Source of the DNA: Lingula anatina
Lineage: Eukaryota > Animalia > Brachiopoda
Assembly (NCBI GenBank): GCA_051362555.1
Contig: CM120643.1
Location: forward strand, 19,038,848-19,102,847
Reading direction: 5' to 3'
Length of the DNA: 64,000 nucleotides
The position numbers and the translations under genes were made by a program. This document shows, piece by piece, positions 27,709 to 39,200 of this stretch. The first letter of the stretch is position 1. The number at the start of each line of letters is the position of its first letter. The notes below the pieces were generated by a model. It was not told the origin of the DNA, ran no database searches, and worked only from the letters and a program-made list of their open reading frames with translations.

Positions 27709-27714
27709 TATAAA
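27709..27714 (+). promoter_or_regulatory. Candidate TATA box of gene C
   Basis: TATAAA 49 nt upstream of the ATG at 27758, a similar spacing to gene B. Confidence 0.5.
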
Positions 27715-27757
27715 GAAGCCCATTCTGTTCATTTGAGAGAAGTGAACATAAGCAAGA

Positions 27758-30700
27758 ATGGAGCGTGCGTTGTTTGCAGTATTGTGTGCAGCCTGTGTCA
27801 TTTCTGCAGTCGCAGGTCAGGATATGATTTCATACGAATTAACTAAATATTAATCGTAAAGTTACAGGGTTAATGTGACAAAAAGTGATTTCTTAAAAGT
27901 TTCTATAAAAAAGACTTAATTTGTTTTCTCCAAAGAGCGAGTCATGTCAGGGCTATTAATGAAGGGTTGAAATGTTAAGCTCCATGTGTCGGTAAAAAAC
28001 AAGTTAAGCCCCTTTCTAAAACGACTTAATTGTTTTCATCATCTTTAAATTTACACGAAACGCAAAGAAATCCCTTTTCTCCTCAGTTAAAAGTTGCAGT
28101 GATCACTGTGTAAACACAAAAATGATGAAAGGTGATTGCTTATCCGTGTATATTTGTAATTCAAGGGAACACCTGTGTAGACAAAGTCAGCAACTGCGAC
28201 GCCTATGGAGACGATGCCTGCACTGGAGTTTACGAGGCCTGGGCAAAGGAAAACTGCGCCAAGAGATGTAACTTTTGTGGTAACGTGTAACTTTTGTTAT
28301 ATTGTTTACTGTACTTATGTATTTAGTTGAAGATTATCACGTTTACATATTGGTCTTATTTTACCAAGTTCCGATTTTGCTTTTTTATATTTTACCCTTT
28401 TGATTGATCCAATCATGAGATGAATTTGATGCAAAACTTCTCTTTTCACCGTGGCATGGTCATATGCAGTCGGACATTGGAACATACTTATACATTCTTG
28501 GTGATGGGTAATTTTTCAAGTAACAGCATACAATCCGTGTCAGACCTTTATGTAAATAAATAAGATTAATTTGCATAAGAATTCCACCAATTCTCCTTTT
28601 CTCACCAAGATAAATCCTATCCAAAACCGTTGGGAAAATTACGATCTATTTATCCGTTTTCGACTTCTAATTTTCTCATTCGTACTGACACAAGTCTTAC
28701 CGGTCTCGCCAGTCTCTTTCTCCATTACGACATTGACAAAAAAATGGAACTTGGATCTCAAAACGGGTTTATGGAGATGAAGAGAAAATTGATGAAATCA
28801 CCACGAAGTAATTTTGCGACACATAACAGTCCCAGGCCAATTATGTGACTTAAATTCAATTGGTTTCAGGAGGTATGCTCGTGCCCCCAGCGCCTACTCC
28901 GCCTCTACCTGCCCCGGGCGGTGAGTATTTGCAGCTTTGAAGTCATTTTTGTATATTTTATATTAAGAATCTAAAATTGACGCTAAGTATTTCACATTAA
29001 TTTTACCATCCTCAACAAACAAAACTATAAAAGATATTCCACAAACCATGCCTAGGTATGACAAATTTCTGTAAGTTTTCTGTCGATGAATTTGTAGACA
29101 AACCTATTTTTTTCTTCATCACGTGGAGTTTAAACTCATTAGATATTTTTACGTTCGTAATCATTTGTCGTACTAGGTGAGTACATGATAAACATGTATA
29201 TAGCATTGATATTGAAAAAATTTCATAAGTTCATATACCTGTGTTTGTACTGCAAAATGTTTTTTCTAAGCATTTACTGTAAACACGTGGTGTTTGAATT
29301 CTGTAAGGGGTCTCCAGCTGCGTAAACAAGGCACCAAACTGTGACGCGTATGGCGATTCGGCCTGCACACAATACGCTGCCTGGGCAAAAGAAAACTGCG
29401 CCAAGATGTGTAACCTTTGTGGTACGTTATCCGTCAAATTAATCACCTATTACTTAAAGTATTGATAGCCCACGAATTTAAGGCAGAGGGGGCAATTTTT
29501 CAATCAACATACATTACAAGTACAGCCAGTAAGAGTTGTAATTAATTTCCACTTTTATAAGTACATGTAAGCAGCTACATAGCAGGGGCATTTGACTAGA
29601 AGTTTGAAGCTTCAGGCTACTGAAACACAAGGTTTTCAAATACATTAGCCCAATCTTGGCCTAGAAGGCATTTTAGCATTTTTAAAAATTATTTTAATCT
29701 TCACATTTAATCTTCATTCTAGTAAAATTTTATTTATAGCAGTGTTTTTCTGCAGTCTGGGGCTGAGTAGTAAAGGCGCAGACTGCATAGTTATGACAGA
29801 TTTGGATATCAGCTGCTTTGCTTGTATTAAAACATTACAATTCGATATGTTGTATCCAATGACGAAAGATAGCAAAAAATTTGTTGGGAAAATGGTATCA
29901 TTGCCTTTTAATTTTTTTTATCTCTTAGTGTTTTGTGCTCATGTTGAAAGAGCAACCCCATTTTAAAAAATTACATGTGTAGTTTATCAATTACTATTCA
30001 TTTAAACAATTGATCTCAGCGTGTTTTTATATCAGGCGGCAGTTCCTCCGGTGGCGGGTACCCAGGAAACACTGGAAATACCGGAAGTAGCAGCGGTATT
30101 GTGATCACTGGTCAATGTAAGTCAATGGTGAATTCTTTTCCGCTCTTGTCTAATCACCATAACAGAATTTTCTGTCAGTTCACTGATAGTTTTGCTTTGG
30201 ATATTCTTTAAATCGCTGTACATACAGTAGGTTCCTATCTGTGCAATGGCGCAGAAAAAAAAAACGAACAGCGTTGTATTAGCTTGCAAGTTCTAAGAGC
30301 GCATTCTCAACGAATTAAGCCAGGCTTTACAAAGCCGGTGACCTAAAAATGGCGGACGTACATGAAAGAAAAACCGCCTAATCTTTTAATAGTCTCTCCA
30401 CCTCTCACACGCCTCCCCACACGTCGTCCCTGCGGGGTACAGTAATTAAATCTCGGCTCCGAACATTAATATTTCCGTGAATATCTCTGGTGATATTATC
30501 TCCGTAGATAGTCGATTCATTGCTGCTCTACGGGCCAAATTATTCCTTTTTCGTCTCTGTTTTCAAAGATAATAGAACAGAAGAACTTTTTTCCTTCGAT
30601 CGCCTTCAGCCGCCATGCCTTCTTCACCACGAGTTTAACTGATGAGCATGCGCACTTAATATTTCTCAGGTAGCTTCCGCATGGCGAACGGAGCCGAGAT

Positions 30701-33007
30701 TTAATTACTGTACCCCGTAGGGACGACGTGTGGGGAGGCGGAGAGACTATTAAAAGATTAGGCGGTTTTTCTTTCATGTACGTCCGCCATTTTTAGGTCA
30801 CCGGCTTTGTAAAGCCTGGCTTAATTCGTTGAGAATGCGCTCTAACTCTAGTTAATAAATCAAGTTTTGTGGACTTTGCATTATTATATGCGTAGTTGTT
30901 TTGAACTATTTTCAGTAAACGCGTTTGCGCTTTTGGTCTTACGTACATACGTGCTTACATGTACGTAATGTGGCCTATTTTTTACCACGTGACGTTTCGA
31001 CAAACTCTCTCATGCCGGCCTGTCGGTTTATTATGATTAAATTATCTATCCTCACGACTTACATGTACGAAGTAGGCGACATATTATAAGAAGTCCAGTA
31101 AGGTGCAAAGGCTATCTGTAGCCAGTTGACAGCTTTGTATACAAACATTTCAACAGAGTAATACTAAATATTACTGTTTTGCCTAATTTATTTTTTTTTT
31201 TTTACCTAATACTAGACTTTCGTAACGATTAAGTCTAAGTGAGTATCCATTTATGTAAAATAACACGAGATGACTAACATCTAAAGTTTTAAGTGTTCAG
31301 CTTTCATGGACACTGTACATGGAGACCCATAATGCACAAGTAGATTAAGATAGAATGCAATAGTGTTTACACTTGTATGTTTCTTATGTTTTGTACATTT
31401 ATTATATATTTAGCGTCTGGTTGTATCTACAATGGCAAGACTTACAAAGAGGGAGAAAAATGGAATGACGCCTGCAAATACAGCTGTACGTGCAGTGATG
31501 GAGTCACGGGTTTCTACGAGTGCAATACAATGTAAGTGAAACTAAACGTAATGGAGATCTTCCTCCTTATGTAAGCCTGTTCTTTTTTATGTGTAAAATC
31601 AGAATAGAAAATGGCTCAGTTTTGGAAGAAATTATAAAAAACATTGGATATTGATGCGATTAGACGGGGGTCCTCCATATATTATTAATTGGTTTTATCC
31701 CTGAAATGGTGCACCATATACTGTATGCCTGCTGCGGTATTGCCGTGCACGTTCGCATCCATACAGAACTAGTGGACCATTGAATCTCTGAAACCAACAG
31801 ATTGTCTTTACACTGACGAATCCTGTCAAGTGTTGGTGGGTGGGAGCACAGTATTCAGTCTACTGCGCATGCGCCAAAAGTACGCTGTTCGAAATAAAAA
31901 AATGGTGAAATTGCCAAAGCCTGCCGGTGTTTACCGTCTGGTTGATTCAATTTAATTTGCTTTCTGGTGTTGTTTTGAGAAATTATATTAGAAATATTCT
32001 GTTGATTGTATGTATTAAAAAACAAATCCATTGGACTTTCCTTATAGTAACATTAAATTTGCCTTCATGGTAAGGGGATTCCCTTCGTATTTATAGTGTT
32101 ATATGTGGCCCAAGGGGATTTTCCACCCCTCCCCCACTCTAGATTAATAAAATTGTTCATGGGGCAGATTGAAAATTATATTGCAAAATACATTTAAAAA
32201 CGTAGGAAGGTTAATTGCAGATAATGCTGCGAGGATATTCTAGACCTGGGGCGAACTCGGCCAATATAAAATTTTTAACTTCGTCTTCCGATTTTGGAGC
32301 GCCTGTTCTAATTTTTGAAAGCGAAGCAACGGAACCCAACAATACGATACAATTTGTAATCTCGTAAAAATTGATATTTTTCAATATAGCTCATAGCAGG
32401 GCGTACATCAAAAGGCGACTCGTTTATTATTGTGATATTTAATAATAATTTATAGGAAAGGTACGATATAATAAGTTCTTGTCTTCGGCCTATTTATTAG
32501 CTTAATTGATTTTTTAAGTATTTGGAGATTAAAAACACAAAAGCTGCCCGGTTTCATATCGAGGCACCACGTATTGTGCTGTGGGTGAGTGGGTGGTTGG
32601 GTTACAAGGACGAAAATGGCTGTGCTAAGAGAGGCAAAAACCGAAGAGGGCTATTTTACTGTAGTTATTTCGTTCCGCGTGAAATACCGCTTTTACTGTG
32701 TAGAAGGAGAAGGGGTGGAGAGGGTGGAGAGGATATCTACGAAAGTATCTGAGGCACTTGGCCCTTGCCCCTGTTTTCTGGATCTTCCATTTTTTTTGGC
32801 GTGCAGTCCTCTTGTACCATCTTTGGTAATGATTTATACAAAATGTATGAAAGAAATTATTTTTCTTCCACCAGGTGCCCTCAGTGGCAGTTACCAGATG
32901 TATGCAACCTCCAGCCACGCCCAGGGAAATGTTGTCCTAAACCTTCATGCCCACCTAACTACAGTATTACCTACCCAGATGGAATGACTGAGAGCACCTT
33001 ACCATAG
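27758..33007 (+). CDS. Gene C: secreted protein, signal peptide - ShKT - Pro linker - ShKT - Gly/Ser linker - VWC, ~222 aa (paralog of gene B)
   Basis: Exons 27758-27815, 28166-28279, 28870-28920, 29308-29421, 30036-30116, 31414-31531, 32875-33007; 669 nt in frame. Exon-by-exon similarity to gene B; AATAAA at 33066. The first donor (G|GTCAGG) is weaker than the others. Confidence 0.85.
30297..30842. mobile_element. PIF/Harbinger (Tourist-like) MITE with long inverted arms
   Basis: TAA|GAGCGCATTCTC...GAGAATGCGCTC|TAA. The arms 30297-30461 and 30689-30842 are near-perfect reverse complements apart from an 11-nt indel; 3-bp TAA TSD. Confidence 0.9.
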
Positions 33008-34042
33008 ACACCCGGATGTTCACGTGGCAGCAACGTTACACAACTTCTTTCCCATGGAAAACGATAATAAATGTCCGTTGATATTATATAAATTGGCTGC
33101 TAACTTTCAAATAAATGGATAAAGAATATTGTTAATTATAAAATCGTTGATTTTTTTAACCATGAGGTAGTATGGAAGTTTAATGAACCACAGTGTTAGC
33201 AGGACTGTGACAGTAATAAAATACAGTGATACCATCATCGTGATATCATACATTTTAATGTTTTTATTTGAAATTTGTCAACATTATATTTCAAAACTAC
33301 GTTATTAAGTAAACCTTAGCAAGCCACTATAAAGCACATTCTTGACACTATTTTTTTTTTCGGAACTTGGAAATTCAACCGAGATATATCTATAGTAAAA
33401 CTCAAGGGGTTGAATCTTCGTGTCGTTATCAAATTGATAATTTTTCAAAATATGAGAAAAAAATTTAAAATAAATAGCCTCATAGTTTTTATATCCGTGT
33501 GTTTCTACTTTCTTAATGCGTAGATTTTATCACAATTTCGCTCTCGAATTTAATATTAGGTATCACATGAATGCTCTCACCAAGCTATATACTGTCGTTT
33601 AGATCATGTTGAAAGCTGTCTCGGTGCTAGAAAAATTTGGAAACAACCAAAAACGTATTTTTTTCGAAAAATGCCAGTATATCGTCACCTCTAGAACACT
33701 GCACTTAAACTCAATATTTCACTGGCGTTTTTGTGAAGTACATGTAAAGCTTATCTAAAAAAGAGAATTAAAAAATAAACGTTGCATCACTTCAGTGATT
33801 TTATTCACCCCTCCTTCCCCCGGGTGGAAGAACGTGCGATGTGTTGCACGGCAAAGGACAACTTAGCTTATTCATTAATGACTGTCTATGGAAACCGTGA
33901 CACTCAAGGTACTGAGTCTGAGTGGCATGTTCCAGCAGCAAGCCATCATCATTATATTGGTGGGAGGGGCAAACGCCCTACATTTCAGGTACTCCCTTTA
34001 ATAAAAAAGGAGAAGACGAAGTAATAAAGACATGCTGTTTAA

Positions 34043-34209
34043 GGCCCCTGTTACACCGGGCTTGCAACCGTTTGGAGCAAGAATTTTGGCCACAAATATG
34101 TTACAAAAGAATATTCTGAATCTGAAGCTTACTATCAATTACTTTAAAGGAGTAAGAGTGGACAAAATGTTGTTCTCCGAGCGGACGAAATCCCCGTGTG
34201 ACAGGGGCT
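34043..34209. mobile_element. Small Harbinger-like MITE
   Basis: TAA|GGCCCCTGTTACAC ... GTGTGACAGGGGCT|TAA: 14-bp TIR with 2 mismatches and a TAA TSD. Confidence 0.6.
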
Positions 34210-34841
34210 TAACACAGTATCTATACTATACAACATTGGCCAAAAAGCTGCCTCACCTCCAATTTCATGTGCTTTTATTCACAAATGATCACATTTTAGG
34301 TGTAAATTGTTCTTAACAGTTCATTTTGTTCCAGATACCATATCTAACATGATAAATGGTACAAAAATACAAAATAGCGGTGTAGGTATCTATATGTATA
34401 CTATTTATTCAAATTTATAACATGTACCCCCTAAAGTCCGATGCTTGCTTTACTGATAATTCCACAGAGGAAATGGTATGTCCATTAATTGAAAACAATG
34501 TTGTTTGTAGTAGAGATAGAGCGGCCCATCCTAAGTGACCTACTGAAATGCACCCTCTCATACTCAGGGTGAGAGGTCTGAGAGAGGCTCGTGACGTAAC
34601 TTGGCGCAACAGCAGGCACCAGATAACCTGCACCTTCCTTGCCTGACCTTCGTGTCATGACACCACTCCACGCTGTTTCTCTCTCTTTCTAGTGGCGCCC
34701 TCTTTTACTCCTACGCAGCGATAGAAAACACCAGTGCAGTCTAAGTCTGACACAACAATTATTTTTTGGTTTTTTTTAATTGACTAAGTACGTCTTTATC
34801 TGTCCTTAAGAAGGGAAAACCCTGTGCAGGGAGTAGTGAAA

Positions 34842-36182
34842 ATGACTCGTGTGGTGTTAGCAGCGTTTTGTGCAGTTTATGCCATATCTGTGGCAGCCGG
34901 TCAAGGTATGGAACTTTACGTGTAATAACTTTCTCATTTGGATATTTAAAGAAATTTGTTGTTTGTCTACTGTTGCTAGGAAGATCATTAAAACTCCAAG
35001 GGAAAAAATTAAACTTGACATATATATTTAAATATTGATTAGTTAGAGTACAGCGTCAGAGCACCAAATTCAGAGTGTATGAATTCCACCTTAATTCTAA
35101 GCATGCCCTAGCCTGGGCCAAATGTTATACCCCGACCTTAGTCATTTTACAAGATAAACTACTTTTGATCACTTACTTGTTGGAATTAGGCATCTTATTT
35201 GGTTATTTAAAACGGACCAGGTGGAACAATAATACACCTATCACCTGGAAATCAAGGCATGATCATAGTAGTTAGATATGTCTATTTGATTTTTTGTTTA
35301 TTCTACTTAATATTACTTGCTTACCTGGAAAATCACAGTAAATAAAGATAGGCAACATTCTCAAGGGTGCATTGGTGCTACAACTTTGAGTAAATTATTT
35401 CAGTAAAGGGATATATACATGTAGATGAGTGAGTTTATCCGTGTACTTCTACCTGCTTAACTGGAACCATTATGATGTATAACAAGCAATATGACAAGGT
35501 GGGGCGGTAGAAAAACACTTTTTATCAAAGGGACATCTGAATGATTGTGTGTGTGTACGGGGGGGGGGGGGGGGGGGGGGGGTTTAGGGGCAGTAGTTAC
35601 AGTAGTTATGATGTTATGAATGGGATAATTGAATGACTTACATCCCACAAATGTTTGAAACCAATACTTATTTCATTAAAGTGGATTTTTATGGATTTTT
35701 GTTTAGATTAATTTTGTGGCTTAAATGCTTTTTGTGGAACAACAGATTGGCGTACGGAAACTTTGGCTTTCACTGGAAAAGGGTGCAAACAAACGCCTAC
35801 TTCCTGCAGTCAGTCCAAAAACGATTCAATTGAAAATGATGCTAAACCCGTCCTGATATCCAGCGTGAGAACCGGCACCTGTGAGCGATAACCCCGACGT
35901 CTCCTATCACGGACATGTCTTGTAAACGTGCCATCGGCTTGCCGATATCTGTGCTGTGTATTCAGCCACATCAATAGCCGATTATACAGAAAATTGCGCA
36001 CTTAAGCAAACAAGACCAATTGACATCATCGGATGCCATAAAACGAAATTTTGAAATTGAATATTCTGTATAGAAATGTGAAATTTAGAAACCGAATCTC
36101 AGGAAGATATGAACTGTTAAGAAGTAAAATCATAGAAAGAAGGGAACGAATTGAAAACACCCGAAAGCTACCTGTGCAAGCA

Positions 36183-36231
<49 letters not shown>

Positions 36232-39200
36232 CCAGGCTGCGTAGACAAGATAGAGAACTGTCATCACTTCAGCCGCACTGTGTGTGCTGAGACTAAATAC
36301 GGTACCTGGGTCAGAAACAACTGCCCTCGCTTCTGTGGAGTATGTTCAGGTAAGTAATTTACAATCACAAAACCTTCCTTAATATTGTGTTATATTGTAT
36401 TTCATACTATTCTATTTCATCCAATTCATTCTGTTCTATTTCATTCCACTCTATATTATATTGTATTGTATTTCATGTCATTCCATATCTTTCTATTCTA
36501 TTCCGTTTTGTTCTATTCTGATCTATTCTATGAGGGTACCTTTTGACGAATAGTAACAATAAGAATAATGTTTATTTAGAGTCTAAAACCCAAATTCGTT
36601 CAGTAGACTTAGCAACGTGGAAAGGTTTTATATAATAAAATTGATAAAAAATAAATATATAAATAAATATAGTTCCTTAATGAAAAATTATTACGGTCGA
36701 ACAAATTTTTTTACGGACATGATTACTTGGATATAAAATGTGTACAAAGAGATTTCATACAGCATAAACATTTTTTAAATTGATTCAGATAAAAACTAAA
36801 GAAGATAAAGATTTTGTTTCATTAATATAGATTGAAAAAAATGAAAGATAGATTACTCAATGGATGAACACCTTTCCACGTATCGTAAACAAATACCACT
36901 TATCAATATTGTGCTTGGGGGGGGGGGTTCAAGGTTATCTTCATACTTTTCTAAGAACAGTAATTTTCGAAAGTACAGTCAGGATGGCCGAGCGGTCTAA
37001 GGCGCCTCGTTCAGGTCGCAGTCCACTTCTGTGGGCGTGGGTTCGAATCCCACTCCTGACATTTGTAGGGGTTTTTTTCTTGTTTTCCTCACTGCATCTA
37101 ACAAGCCCCAAATATTGTATTTGCAATCAGCACGGCAGTAATTATAGCATCGTGCACCTTTTTCATCAAATTATTTTGGTTCAGAGATATTCTTGTCTGC
37201 AATATTTTCATTACTGTGTTGTTGTTGCTGTTGTTGTTGTCCGTCTTTTTATTCTTTTCTCTCTCTCCCTCATGCATATAAGACACTACGAAATAATGTC
37301 AAATCTTTTCCCACTGAACAGATCAAGGTTGCCAGAACTCCCGCAGTAACTGCGACCACTACAGCGACGACGTGTGCACCAATTACGCTACATGGGCTCG
37401 CAACAACTGTGAGAAACACTGTCACTTCTGCGTAGGTGAGATATGAAATATCCTGTAATTACGATCTCGCTCATAATTATGACACATTTGGGCAAACAGA
37501 GATTTATTCATTTTCTTTTACGGAGCGATTGCGATAGCAGGCTTCACAAGTGATTGTTAATCCACTCTTAAGTTACTGATGCAATATCTTCCTTGAATAA
37601 TGTCAAGCACAAAAGGTGGTTAGAGTCATGTATCTTGTGTGACAAATCTAACAATAATAAAAGGTCACGCGTACTTTTATGTCTGTAACTACCGATGTGT
37701 CCTGATGCAAGTCAAGCGTTTTCCAGCAAATATGAAGAGTGACGGTGTAATCTGTCCAACAACTTTTTACGATTTCTTTAGATGAGGCATATTTTTCTTC
37801 ATTCTATTTCAGATGTTGCTTTTTTTTAATAATCATTGTTTTCCCAATTCTCGCCGTTTTCTTCCAGAGCCCGGGGAGTGTACTGACGTGATACCCAACT
37901 GCCACCACTACTCCAACAGCGTGTGTACAGAGTATGCCTACTGGGCCAATAACAATTGTGCAAAATATTGTGGATTCTGTAAAGGTAAACAGACACACGC
38001 ATTATGGATAAGCATACAAACCAAAACTGATAAAATAATAATAAAATAATAATTATAATAATAATAAATATATTTTAGTCTAAAATCCATTTTTTTAATT
38101 TACAAAAGGTTCAGTAGACTTTACGGAAAAACAAGTACTTAAGAGCACAGATACCAAGATAAATAAAGATAAAAAAATATCAAGAAAGATTTTGAGTCTT
38201 CATACAAAAACGGCCTAATTCTCACATAAATACCTTAATAATTGTTATTAAAATAATCAGTGGTAAAATTTCTTTTAAAAAGATTAGAAGTCCTTTTTAG
38301 AATTATCAGTTGATTCAATTGTGAGGATTTCATTTGGTAGCATATACCATATTCCTTTGGTCCAGCTGACTTAAAAGAGATGTCCCCATAAGTTTTAAGA
38401 CACATTTTACAGTTCAGTAACAGTTTACAGGTCTCTAGAATGAACATAATGAACTAATAAATCATTTAAATAAGTTGGTGCCACTTTATTAAAAGCGCCA
38501 TGAACGAAAATTAAGAATTTAGATAACACGTAAGAATTTGAATAAGACACAATTAGAGAATTAAACATTTTTCAAACACCAAATATTTCAGCCTCGTGTC
38601 ACTATCTTGGCAAGGACTACAAAGAGGGGGAGAAATGGGCCGACGGGTGCAACTACAACTGCACATGCGTCCAAGGTGCAGCGAAATGCGTAAAAATGAC
38701 GTAAGTTGAAACCAAATCCATTTTGACGTTTGCTATAAGGAACACCAGTGCATACGTTTTTATCAATGTGGACTTTTTTGAAGTCATTGATGAAAATGTG
38801 TTTTACAATGTATCACAGTTGACGAATGATTGATCTTTACATTATAAAAAACGGTTCCACTACATTGGCTGATTTTAGAAACACAGCTTCTGGATTTTTC
38901 AAGAAAAATGGACCTGTGTGACAGGCATGGAAGTCCGGGGTCCCATATCATTAGTAGCCTACAGGTTAGGGTTAGTTGGAGCACTGGGGTTAGTATATGG
39001 GACAAATGTCACCTCTACAAAGAAATGGGGAACGGAATACGGTTCCTAGCAGACTTCCATTCCTGTCACACCGACAAAGAAATTTTTGTATGCAGTGTTT
39101 TGGGAATGTAGGAGGGTGAGAAGGAGTACTTGCAAAGCGGGGGAGGGGCACGTGGCCCTCTGCTTCCCTCCGTTCAAATCCGTCATTAGCGATAATCTGT

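Noticed and set aside
31650-32760. Possible DNA-transposon remnants (TGCGCATGCGC motif) and ORFs at 32522-32987
   Set aside because: No TIR/TSD pair or protein motif identified; only 32875-33007 is supported as coding.
36051-36357. Poly-Ile/poly-Leu ORFs (also poly-Tyr/Asn at 48662-48993 and ER repeats at 49196-49492)
   Set aside because: Translations of microsatellites.
36864-37349. 161-aa ORF containing MAERSKAPRSGRSPLLWAWVRIPLLT
   Set aside because: This is the tRNA-Leu gene and its flanks read as codons.
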